Shown here: in pieces, positions 44,301-56,100 of the stretch
Numbering within the stretch: position 1 is the stretch's first letter
Layout: each line of letters begins with the position of its first letter
Origin: Azolla caroliniana
Lineage: Eukaryota > Plantae > Polypodiophyta
DNA: 64,000 bases
Assembly: GCA_043228905.1 (NCBI GenBank)
Contig: JBHGNT010000018.1
Location: 8,308,001-8,372,000, forward strand
Direction of reading: 5' to 3'
The notes under the pieces: model-generated
The model's input: only the letters and a program-made list of their open reading frames with translations
What the model was told of the DNA's origin: nothing
Database searches by the model: none
Program-made: the position numbers and the translations under genes

Positions 44301-47300
44301 TGTTGAGTGAGAAGCTCAACATTGGATGCGTAAAATAGTACACATAACGTGGCCGTATCAGTGCGTAAACCGAAAGGTTATTAGTATGGTATTCCTCGTG
44401 AGGAATAATTTTGGGAGTTAGTGTAGTAGGCTCATTTATGAGCAGTCAAGTACTGTCAGTACTTATGTCAGCCCGATAGTCAGGGCTTGTATAAAAGGTG
44501 CTCACTGAGCACGAAATATGTAGAGATTGTCATTATTTTGAAATAGAATTGAGTTGTCTGCTCTCTCTCTCTCTGTCTCTACCTCTCCCTCTCCATCTCT
44601 GCATTTTCTGTGTTTTACCAAACTGTCGTTCTCTGAACTGTGTACTTTGTGTTTTGCATACGCTTCTGCACATATATTCTTTTACATGGTATCAGAGTGC
44701 AAGGGTTGAAGTCCTCTGCAACCGATAGAAAAGCTTGCGACAGAGACATAGTTGAGTTGTTATTCTTGGCTTTTGGAAAAGATAAGATAGCAACATGGTA
44801 AGAGGAATGGGAAGCTCACTACCAACTGAGAAGCTCGACAAGAGCAACTATGCATCTTGGTCGTACAAGATGGATCAGTACCTGCTTCGTCCTGGCTATT
44901 GGAGTTATGTCGAAGGAGATAATGATACATCACCTGAATTGACACACAGAAAATCACGCGGGTGCGTCAACGAGTACGCACGCCGACAACAAGATGTTGT
45001 ACACGGAGGGAGATAGGCCCCGTGCTCGTGGCGAATGAGGTGTATCGGCGCATAACGGAGGCAGCCGAAAAGAGTAGAATGGACGGCATAATCGAAATGC
45101 CGAAAGAAATTCCGAACCCTCCGGTAGCAGGGGGAGTCATACTGGCGCCAGAACCCGGAATGATAAGGCCGCAATAGAATGTTGGTATTGTGGAAAGAAA
45201 GGCCACAAGGAGAGCGAGTGCTGGAAGAAACAAGCCGATTCGAACAAATCCGGACCAAGCGGGAGAGATGCAGGAAGGCGTCAAAAGTTGCACTACGCTG
45301 AGGACTCCGAACGAGCCGGAAATGGATCGGGCCATGCCTTCGTAATGAAGCACAAGGCCAATTCAATGGCCGTGAACACCTTGATATTGTGCGAGGTGTC
45401 GTATGTTGATTCTGTAGCGTCAAATCATATGACGAGTCACGAGGAATGGTTCTCGTACTTGGAGATGCCGGAAAAGCAAGGGGTAGTCGAAACGGGAGAT
45501 GACAGCCCGTATACCATCGAACATGTCGGTGAAGTCCCCCTCACCAATGTTGGGCAGAAAAGGAAACTCTTGAACGTGTTACACGTCCTGACAATAACGA
45601 AGAACCTGGTGTCAGTCGTTCAGATCGTCGACCAAGGGATGCAAGTTCAATTCACGCATCTAGGGTGCTTCATAGAAGAGGAGGGCAAAGTAATCGTGCA
45701 TGGGCGCCATGAAGGGAGGATGCTTATCCTCGAAACCAAAATTGTGGGCACCGCTATGCTTGCAAAAGGGCAACAGGTCGAGTCGGACATCGACCTGTGG
45801 CATAAGCGGTTCGGCCATATTAACTTCCCGCGGCTTTGTGAAATGCAGACGAAGAACATTGTGTTCGGCTTGCCGAAATTTCGAGGCCGGAATGGCCAAG
45901 TCCGCGAAGCCTGCCAGATGGGAAAACAACACCAACTTCCATTCCCCAACGAGCGTAATCGTATTCGAAATAGGCTCGATTTGATCCATTCGGATGTGTT
46001 GGGTCCAGCATAGAACGTGAGTCTCGGTGGAAGCCGTTACTTTGTAACCTTCATCAACGACTTCACTCGGCACACATGGGTATGCACGATCGCGAAGAAC
46101 AACGAAGTCTTCGCATGTTTCCTGAAGGTGATGAGCCTTGCTGAAAGGGAAACAGGGCGTAAGATCAAATGCTTACGGTCCTATGGCGGGAAGGAGTACT
46201 TCTCCAACCAGTTCACAAGTTTTCTACAGGAGGGAATTCGACGCGAATTCTCGTGTAGATATACGCAACAACATAATGGCGTGGCCGAGCGGAAGAATCA
46301 GAGAATCAAAGAAGCGGCCAAGGCAATGTTTGAAGAGAAGCATATGCCGAAATTCTATTGGGCTGAAGTCGTGAGGACGGCTGTCTACATGCAGAATCAG
46401 ACTTTTGCTAATGGAGGAGTGTCGCCATATGAAATGTATTTTGGGAAGAAGCCGTACTTGGCACACTTGAGGATTTTCGATAGCATTGCATATGTGCATG
46501 TGCCGAAGGAAAAGAGGGGGAAGCTGGACGCCAAAGCCGAAAAGTGCATCTTAGTCGGTTATCCAGATGAGCAGAAGGGGTCTAAGTGTTATCATCCCCA
46601 AACAAAGGAAGTGTGCGTAAGTCGAGATGTGGTGTTCGACGAGTCCGCTTCGTGGTACTTGCCTTCCCCTCTAGTACCTCATGACTCCATTCCGAATTCT
46701 GAAGAAGAAGTCAGCGAGGCTGAGATGCCTCTACATGATGAGGACATCGAAGCTCTGAGAGAGAGTCCGATCTCATTTCGGCTGAGTGGGCCGAATGAGG
46801 AGTTGGACCGAAGTGGCCAACCAAATGAAGAGAGGGCGAGTAATGAAGACTCAACCGTGATGTCCCCACGTAAAGAACTGAGGAGACGGTTTACGCGCAA
46901 GGAGAAAGGGAAGGAAAAGATGTCAAAATACGATTTCGACAATGCTGAATCAGATCAGAGTGAGTCTGACTACGGGCAAACTGAAAAGGAACCTCCACAG
47001 AAGAGGTCCACATTAGCTAGCAAGGTCGTGAAATTAGGTAATCACGAATTATGCCGATACCCGCCTGAAGAACCCCGTAAAGAGATATGGGTATAATGAG
47101 TACATGGCGCAGCATTATGCGTGGGCATGACATGAGTGGCGGAAGTGCGTGAGCCCGAGAGCCCGAGAGCTACGCAGAAGCGGCGGAAGATGCAAACTCG
47201 CATGCCGCGATGGAGGAAGAGATGCACGCTTTGATTGATAATTAGACTTGGGACCTGGTTGACGCACCGAAGGGTATAAAGCTGATTGGATGTAGGTGGG

Positions 47301-49377
47301 TGTATAAAGTGAAATACAATACTGACGGCTCATTCAATCAATACAAGGCCCGTTTAGTTGTGATAGGCTACGCGCAGAAGCATGGCGTAGATTACGACGA
47401 GGCCTTCACGCCGGTTGAGAAGATGACTACTGTGCGTGTTCTGCTAGCCGTAGCTGCGGCAAAGGTGTGGCACTTACATTAGATGGATGTAAAGAACACG
47501 TTCCTACAAGATGATCTTGAGGAACAGGTGTACATGGTACAGCCTCCCAGATTTCTATCCGAACGAAACACTTCGGCAGTTTGCGGATTGAAGAAGTCAC
47601 TGTAAGGACTTCAGCAAGCCCCGTGAGCTTGGAACACAAAGATTATGCAACGGTTGCGTAGAATGGGGTTTACGACGTCCAAGTCTGACTCTTCATTATT
47701 CGTTCGACAAGGTCGACATGGACCGGTCAGTCTCTTACTCTATGTTGATGATTTAGTCATCGTTGGTGCCAACCTGAAAGAAATCCGCCGCGGAAAGTCT
47801 CAACTTGTGGCATCATTCGAAATGAAGGATCTTGGAGACCTTCATTACTTCCTCAGGATCGAAGTGATCCGCAACCCTGAAGGCATATTGATTAGCCAAT
47901 GTCATTACGTGTTGAATATGCTCTTCAAGTTCGGGATGGAAAATTGTAAGCCCATCTTGACCCCTCTGGCTAGAAACGCAAAGCTTCGCTGAGATTCGGG
48001 AAAGGCATGCGGCCCGACATGGTTTCGACAGATTGTGAAAAGCCTAATATATTTGACAATCACCATGCTAGACCTCAACTACCCGGTCAGACTGATCAAT
48101 CATTTTATGTCGCAGCCTATGGCCAAACACTTTTAGTGTGTGCAAAGGATATTGTGATATGTCAGCAACACGACAGACATGGTATTGCTGTATCGGGCAA
48201 GCGTAGCCGAGCAGTTGGCTACACGAATGTCGATTGGGCCGGAAACGCCAGTGATCATAGATCCACATCCGGATACGCCTTCTCATTAGGAAGTGCGGTG
48301 ATCGCATAGAGCAGTACGAAGCAACTGACAGTAGCATTGTCGAGCACGGAGGCCGAATATCGAGGGGTGACTATCGCTATGTGCGAAGTCATTTGGTTGA
48401 AACGAATGTTACGGGATCTACATGTGGAGGTGTCTGATCCAACGATGATCTATTGCGAGAACCTTAGCAGTATCCACCTTGCGAAAAACCTTGTATTCGA
48501 CGCTCGAACCAAGCATATTGAGGTGCATTACCATTTTGTTCGCAAGTGGGTCTTTTCGGGTGAAGTCGAACTAGCGTATATTCAGACAAATCGACAAGTT
48601 GCCGACATTTTCACTAAGCCTCTTGGTCTTGACAAGTTGCGGCATTTCTCGGGTGAGCTTGGGTTGTATCACCTCGACACGCCGAACTTGAGGGGGAGCC
48701 AAGAACAAGAGAGTGAAAGGAGTGGAGGTGATCATCGCGGCGGAAGTGACTGTGATGCGGAGTCGGATGAGGAATTCGATTTCGGGCCGGTTGAAGAAAC
48801 CGATGAAGAGAGCAAGGGCCATAATTGTAGGAAAGAGCCAAGGACAGCCAAATCAGAGGGAGGTAAGTCCAAGACCAAGACGTGATCTGACATTGTTAAA
48901 GGCCTAACGAGTAAAGACGAATTGGAGACAACCAATTCGGATGTAAGTGGAATTGAATCGGAAGAGACCGATTCAATAGAAATGTTCGATTCGGATATTA
49001 CGAATCGACTGAGGGCCAAGCGGAGGAAAGGGTAGCGGAAGAGCAAAGATCCGGAAGAGTAGGTGGAACCTCAAGTTGAGCTTGAGGGGGAGTGTTGAGT
49101 GACAACCTCAACATTGGGTGCGTAACATGGTGCGTAGACTGGGTGCGTAAAACAGAATGCATAACGTGGTCGTATCGGTGCGTAAATCGAAAGGCCGTTA
49201 GTATGGTATTCCTCATAAGGGATAATTTTGGGAGTCAGTGTAGTAGGCGCATTTATGAGAAGTCAAGTACTATCAGTACTTGTGTCAGCCCAATAGTCAG
49301 AGCTTGCATAAAAGGTGCTCATTGAGCACGAAATATGTAGAGAGTGTCATTATTTTGAAATAGAACTGAGTTGTCTA
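44301..49377 (+). mobile_element. Degenerate Copia, related to 14742-20269
   Basis: 5' LTR 44301-44686; iMet PBS 44687-44697; gag with internal deletion, integrase, RT (YVDD), RNase H; PPT 49082-49092; 3' LTR from 49093, cut at 49377. Confidence 0.94.
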
Positions 49378-49813
49378 TGTTGTCTGTCTGGCCGGACTAG
49401 CCTCAACACAGGTGTCTACCCGACACTTCTCCAAAGGGGTGGTAAGGATTGGATGCTAGGTTACACGCATAAGATGATTACAATTAAGCACGGACGGCAA
49501 ACAATACGAGATACAGATAAATACACGACAATTACTATTGTATTACTTCCGTCAAAACACTTTACAAATCATCGGATCCTTTTATAGGCATCCGGCAAGG
49601 TTACAATCGGTGCGCTTAGGCAACCGACATCCGAATCGGTTCGGATCCGGATCGGTACAACTGTACCGAATCCGTCCCTCCGAATAATAATTCTACTATT
49701 ACTTCCTATTATCCGATCCGATTCCGCCTTCCCACTTGTCCTTGCTCTTCTAATCGGCCAACACATGGCATGCCCGTGGGAAAGTGCCTTGCACTTCGAA
49801 TCCACTCCCGGCC

Positions 49814-52800
49814 TCAGTCTTCCTCCAAAATATCGAGCACACTTTGCTCGATAGTGTCAAGTGGTGCTTCTTCCTCCTGTTCCTGTTCCTTGCCTGCCTG
49901 GTCTCCGACCTCCAGTTGGGTAGGCTGTTCCGTAAAAATTTTCTGCTCCGGCTCTGCTTGATTCCGTGGTGCCGGTGCTTCCTCACCGCTTCGTCTGGGT
50001 TCTTCCTGTTCTCCCTCCGTTCCTGGCTCTGTTCTGTTACCGGTGTCGCTTTCTCCGGTCTCGACTGGTCGACTTGATATGCCTCCTTCCTCTGCTCTGG
50101 TGTCTTCCGGTCTCAGCTCTTCTTCTTCTCCGGCATCGGTCCGCTCCTGCTCTTCTTCAAGTTCGTCTTCAGGTATTCCTCGTCGGGGTTGTTCGGTGTC
50201 GGTTGGTTCATCTTCAGCCGGTCGCGTTCCCTCACCAATAGTGGTTGGCGTCGTTCTTACCTTAGCTTCCTGTCGTAACCAGTCCTGCTCGTATTTCTCC
50301 AACTCCAACTGAGTTGCGAGCTGCCTGTCATCCAACCTCTCTACCAACCCTCGGATTTCTTTGAGGTGTTCTTCTGCTAAAGTGTAGAAATCCTCAGACA
50401 ATTCCTCCCGAATGGCGACGATACTTTCTTCATCCATCTTGTAGAACCTGTCGCCGGTCTTCTTCCGATTCTCGGCATCTGCTCGGAGTGTCTGCAGCTC
50501 GGCTGCCTGTTGTGACCACTCCTTCCATAGCTTTTCCGTACTTTTGTTGATACTTGCCAGAGCTCGGGTACTCCATCCTGACATGATGAGCTTGATCCGG
50601 TCAACTCCTGCCTTAGCATGCGCATAAGCTTCCTGCTTTTCCTTCCTTGCCCGTTTTATAATGTCGACCATTATCTGAGCCTGGGCCTCATAATCTGCTT
50701 TCTGCTTTTCATAGGTACTCTCGAGTTTGCTGATCGTGAAGGTCGATTTTTCCTTTTCTCCATTCCTGATCTTGGTCAGGTCCAGCTTTTCCCGCCTTAG
50801 CGCCTCTAATTCCTTCCTTCTCTCCGTTGCTTGGGCTATTTCCGCCGACAATGCTTCCTTGTTGGCACTGACCTCATCCATCACCTTAGCCAGGTCTAAT
50901 CGGGTCTCTTTGAGCTGCTCTTTCAGCTTCTCTATTTGCCGGTCGTAGTCTGCTGCTCGTTTTTTGTTGTCCGACTCGGCTTGCTTGTGATCTCGGTAGA
51001 GACGGTCGAAGTCCTCCGTCTTCTGCTTCAGGCGTCGGGTTGCCTGAGCTCTTAACCGATCGTCCCGGTCCTTCTGTTGTCGGAGTTCTTCCTGCAGTCG
51101 TTCTATCTCTTGTTCGGCATGTCGACGTAGTCGGTCCTTCTCCTTCTGCAGCTTCTCTTTTTCTTCTTGCAGTCGGTCATTAGCGGCTCGACCTTTCCGG
51201 AGGCCTTCTTCCATTTTTCATCTGTCATCCTCCACCGCTTTCCGCTACTCCCTTTCTCTTTCCCTTAATGCCTCCTGAGCTTGTAACTCCTCTCGTAAGG
51301 TTTCTATTATTTTTTCGGTCTCAGGGCCGGTTTGCAAGGCTACCGGTTCCGGTTCCGGTTCTGGTTGCTTCCTTGTTGTCCCGACCGGCTCGGTGACAGC
51401 TTGTGCTTGTTGAATTCCTTCCCTTGCCTGCAACAACTCCCCTTGCATTTCCTCGATCTGTGTTCGGAGCGCGACCAACTCCTGCGTTGTTGTATGCGTC
51501 AGCTGTTGCCGACACGTTTCTTCTTTCTCTAACTGGTCCGCTACTCCCGATAACTGCTCCGAAAGCCATCTCAGCCATTGTGGCTTTGTTCTTCCGATTT
51601 CGGGGTGGCCTTGCTCACTGAAGCCAGGCTGATTTTCCGGCCTCTTCTCTGGCTCTGGCTCCGGCGCTCGTTCCTTCTTCTTCTCTGGGATGACCGGTTT
51701 TCTGAAGTCCGGCCCAACCGGTGTCGGTGCTGCTTCCCTGGGTACGGGTTCCGGTGCTGTTTCCGCCTCGGCTACAGGAGATGGTCCTTGCGCCCTCTGC
51801 TGAGTTCTGTCCACTGGTGGAGCCGGTCCTTTCGCCCGTTTCTCCTGACCTTGTCTTGCTGGGAGTCTTACCAGTGGTTCGGATGAGTCTTCTGTTTCAG
51901 TTTCCTCCTCCGGTGCGGTTACCAGACGGACCTTTTGTCTAGAGACCTCTGGTTCCGGTTCCGGCCGTCGCAGTGTTATATGGATTGGTTTGCGCGCTAC
52001 CGGTTCGTCCTCGGCCGCTTTCCCTTTGCCTTTACCTGCCGGTTTTGCCTTTGTTGCCGGTTCCTGTTGCTGTCGGGATGGTCCTTCCCCCTGCTGTTCT
52101 GCTTCTTGCGGGGTCCATCCGGGGGTGTGTTTCTCCAAGATCTGTCGGCGCTTTGTGACCTTTTTCGGCGTCGTCTCCTGCCGACCTCTTTTCTTTTGTG
52201 TGATGGGAAGCACCGGTGGGACTAACACCGTTAGCCATTGTGCTATCCCGGCCCATGGCCTTTTTCCTTCCACCAGATTTTTGATGGCCTCCTTCAATCC
52301 TTCGGTTATGAAATGGAGCCAGTCTATTTGTAAGCCCTCGTACGCTGCTATCAAGAATGCTGCCCGATACTTGGCTATGGCTGGGGGACGGGGATTCACG
52401 AATCTGTATTCCATCATAGCGCGGGCCACTTCTCCGAACAGCAGGTTCTCTCCGCCCTGCGTTCGGTACGCCTTGCTGCTGATAGAGTATTCCCCGAAAT
52501 ATTCGAACAGGATTTCACTGGAAGGGTTTTCGATTGTTTGCAGTCCTCCTGCTTTGATCCCCGTGAGTGCCTGCACCACTCCTTCCGTGACTTCTGATAT
52601 ATCAATCGATGCTGCCGCCTGCTCTGGTTTTGCGTGTGGTGGAGCGTCGGCGAACCGCAGCAAGCCTTTTAACCCGTTCTCCCTCATCCATTGGCGTGCC
52701 TCTTCCGACAGTACCATTGCTTCGAATTCTTCGTCTGCTGCCTGGTGTTCGGGATCGCGCTGTGTGTGCTCTGTGCGTCGGGTCACTCTTCTGTGCTTCT

Positions 52801-52981
52801 GCACCTGTATGTAGGAAAATTCGTAAAACGTGAGCCCTTCGCAGGCCTGTGTCTTATATAGTGGGTTGTGCCTCGAGCCGTCCTTTTTCGTTTCCCGCGC
52901 ATGTTCCTTTCCCGCCATAATTAGTATGTCCTTTCTTGTTTGCCGCGTGTGAGTGCCCACGTTCCCTGCTTTAAATAGCAA
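49814..52981 (-). pseudogene. Extra 3' ORF of unknown function: globular N-part, low-complexity linker, long coiled coil, acidic tail
   Basis: ORFs 51245-52981 and 49814-51214 are in the same frame, separated by TAG and TGA that could derive from CAG and CGA; homologue at 1128-1720. Confidence 0.75.
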
Positions 52982-53093
52982 GTCCGCCCACGTCCTTCTT
53001 TAATGCATGGCGCCTCTTCGTTGCATGGTGGCGCTCCCACCTCTTGTGATCTCCCCATCATTACGATGATTCGCGTCGATTCTGCCCACGTCA

Positions 53094-53150
53094 TTTTTAT
53101 TTTTATTTTTATTTTATTTATTTTTTATTTTATTTTTATTTTATTTTATA

Positions 53151-53184
<34 letters not shown>

Positions 53185-53186
53185 TT
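53094..53186. repeat. AT-rich (TTTTA)n/(TTA)n microsatellite between pol and the extra ORF
   Basis: Directly visible. Confidence 0.9.
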
Positions 53187-53198
53187 ACTTGGACCACG

Positions 53199-56100
53199 TC
53201 ATTTGCTAGTCCCCCCCGCTTTGTTCGGGTCGGTTTGTGTGGATACCGGATCCTTCTGTCGGTTTTCCGGGATGGTCCTCGTCAGTATTGGTGTCGGTTC
53301 TTCCTTGGTCCGAATGTCTTCAGCAGCGTCTGTCGGTGTCGGTTCCTCATCTTGCCGGATTTCCGGGTTTCGCTTGAACGGGTTGGCTGGCATATTTCCC
53401 TTATACGGCTTTAGCCGAAATCCATTTGCCCACTTGCCGATGACATCTCCAGACAACGTGCCGAGCTGATACGACCCATTGTACTCCTTGGTGATCCAGA
53501 ACGGTCCGGTCCATCGAAACCGCAACTTTCCCGGCATGTTCCCCATCCTTGTCTGAAATAGTAGCACCGGTTTCCCGACTTCGAACTCCTTTTCATTGCC
53601 ACGCCGGTGTCGGTCCACGAAGGCTTTTCTCCTCCTTTGCTCCAGTTCGAGTTGTAGTAAGCTAGCTATTCGATTTTCCTCTAATTCCAACAGCGTTGCC
53701 AGTCGGGTTCGTTCGGACTCGTTCTCACTTAAGCGCTCCTTTACCTGAATCCGTAAGCTGGGGATCTGGAACTCTACCGGCATGACCGCTTCTAACCCGA
53801 ATGCTAGTCGGAACGGGGTTGTCCAGATGCTGGTTTTGTACGTTGTTCGGTACGCCGGTAGCGCGCTTTGCAATTTCGTATCCCAGTCGGTCCGGTTCTC
53901 GTTGACGATTTTTCGTAGGATGTTCTGCAGAGTTTTGTTCGTTGATTCCGCTAGTCCATTGGCTTGAGGGTAGTAGGGTGTACTCTTTTTATGTACCACC
54001 GCGTAAAATGACGTCAGGCTTTCTACTACCTGCCCGAGAAAATGTCCTCCTTGGTCACTTATAAGCTCGATCGGGCATCCATACCGGCACCATATGCATT
54101 CGTACAGAAACTTTGCCGTGGAAGCGGCCGTGTTGTCCCGTAAGGCCTTTGCTTCTACCCATTTGGTGCAATAGTCGGTCGCCACTATGACATACCGATT
54201 TCCGGTTCGCATTGCCGGTGGTTTGAAGGGACCGACAAAGTCCAACCCCCACTTTTGAAACGGTTCTAAGGGCAAGACCGGGTGGTGTGGCATCCGGGCC
54301 TGCTCTGTGGGTTGGCCCAGTCGTTGACACAAATCGCATTCTCTGCTATACTTCACGGCATCTTTTAGGGTGGTCGGCCACCACAGTCTGCTCTGTCATA
54401 TTTTCCGGGCGGTTGCGTCGCCGGCATAATGCCCGCCGGCAATTCCACAGTGGGCTTCCCTGAGGATTAGATCCTTCTCATCGCTCCGTACTGCTCGTCT
54501 CCAGATGCCATCTGCCCCCTTGTGATAGAGGGTGTCTCCAACCAAGCAGAAATGTCTACTTCTTACTGCTACCCTTTTCCTTTCATCGCGGTCCATGTTG
54601 TCCGGGGGTACTCCGGTGCTCAGGAATTGGTGCATCTCAGTTAGCCATGTGTCTTCGTCGGCTACCGTTGTATCCGTTGCCGGTTTCGTCGTGATCCGGA
54701 ACAATTCGGCGTCGGGAAACTCATCCTGGACGCCGTCCCCTGCTTCTCCGGATTCAAGTCGGCTTAGATAGTCCGCTACCGCATGCTGCGCCCCGGGTCG
54801 GTGGAAAATGTCGAATTCAAATTCCTGTAGTAGCAGTGTCCACCGTGCAATTTTTCCCGTCAGGGATGCCTTCGAGACCAGGTAGAGTAGTGCCGAATGG
54901 TCGACATGGAAGGAAAACTTCCTTCCGAGCAGATAGTGCCTGTACTTTGTGACACTATACACCATTCCCAATGCCTCGCGTTCCATCGTAGAGTAATTCC
55001 GTTCCGCTTTCGAGAGTTTCCGTCTTGCGTAGTACACCGGTCGGTACCATTTTGGCTCTGTGAGTTGCATCAGAACGCTGCCGATTGCTACGTCCGACGC
55101 GTCGACGAAGATGTGAAAGCTTTTACTCCAATCCGGCGGTTGCACCACCGGAGCTTGCGACAGCATGACCTTCAACGCTTTGTAGGCTTCCTCCTCCGTC
55201 TCTGCCCATAGGAAGGGTACCCTATGTACGGCGGTATGTAACGGTGTAGCGAAGTCCGCGAGGTGCCGTATCATCCGGCTATGCCACCTACCTTTGCGTT
55301 ACTTGGTGCTGGTGCATCGAGAATCGCCTTGACTTTATCCGGATCTACCGCGATTCCTTCCTTACTCACCACGTGCCCTAGCAAGTTGCCGCTTGCCACT
55401 CCAAAGACGCACTTGGCCGGATTCAGGCTCAATCGGTACTCGCGGCACTTCTCCAAGCACAGCCGGAGGTGATCGAGATGCTCTCCGTGCCGGCTGTAGA
55501 CCGCGAAATCGTCAAGGAAGACCTGCATAAAACCGGGGATATATTCCCCGAAAATTTCCATTATTATCCTTTGAAAGGTCGCTGGAGCCGTCTTTAGTCC
55601 GAACATCATCACGACCGCGACGAACACTCCCCATTCCGTCACGAACGTTGTCTTCTCTTGGTCGGCCGGGTTCATTCGTATTTGGTTGTAGCCGCTAAAT
55701 CCATCCAGGAAGCTGTAAACTTCGTGCCCGGCTACCGCATCTAACACCCCGTCCGTAAATGGTAGTGGAAACGCATCGGTTACTGTCGCGGCATTTAGTT
55801 TTCGGTAGTCCACGCATACCCGGATTTTTCCGTTCTTTTTCGGGACCACCACTATCGGACTCAGCCAGGTTGCCTGCTTGACCGGTCGGATAAATCCGAC
55901 CCGGAGGAGCTTATCAATTTCCTCCTTCACCTTTGCCGCATAATTCGGATTCATCCGGTACCTGCGTTGAGCAATCGGTTTGGCGTCCGTACTTAGGTGA
56001 ATTTGGTGCTGATAGAGCTGGGGGTCCAGCCCTCGCATGTCTTCGTACGACCACGCGAACACATCCTTGAAGTCTGTTAACAATGCTACCATTGCCTTCT

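Noticed and set aside
49814-52981. Retroviral env gene
   Set aside because: No signal peptide or transmembrane segment is evident; the protein is highly charged and coiled-coil-like.
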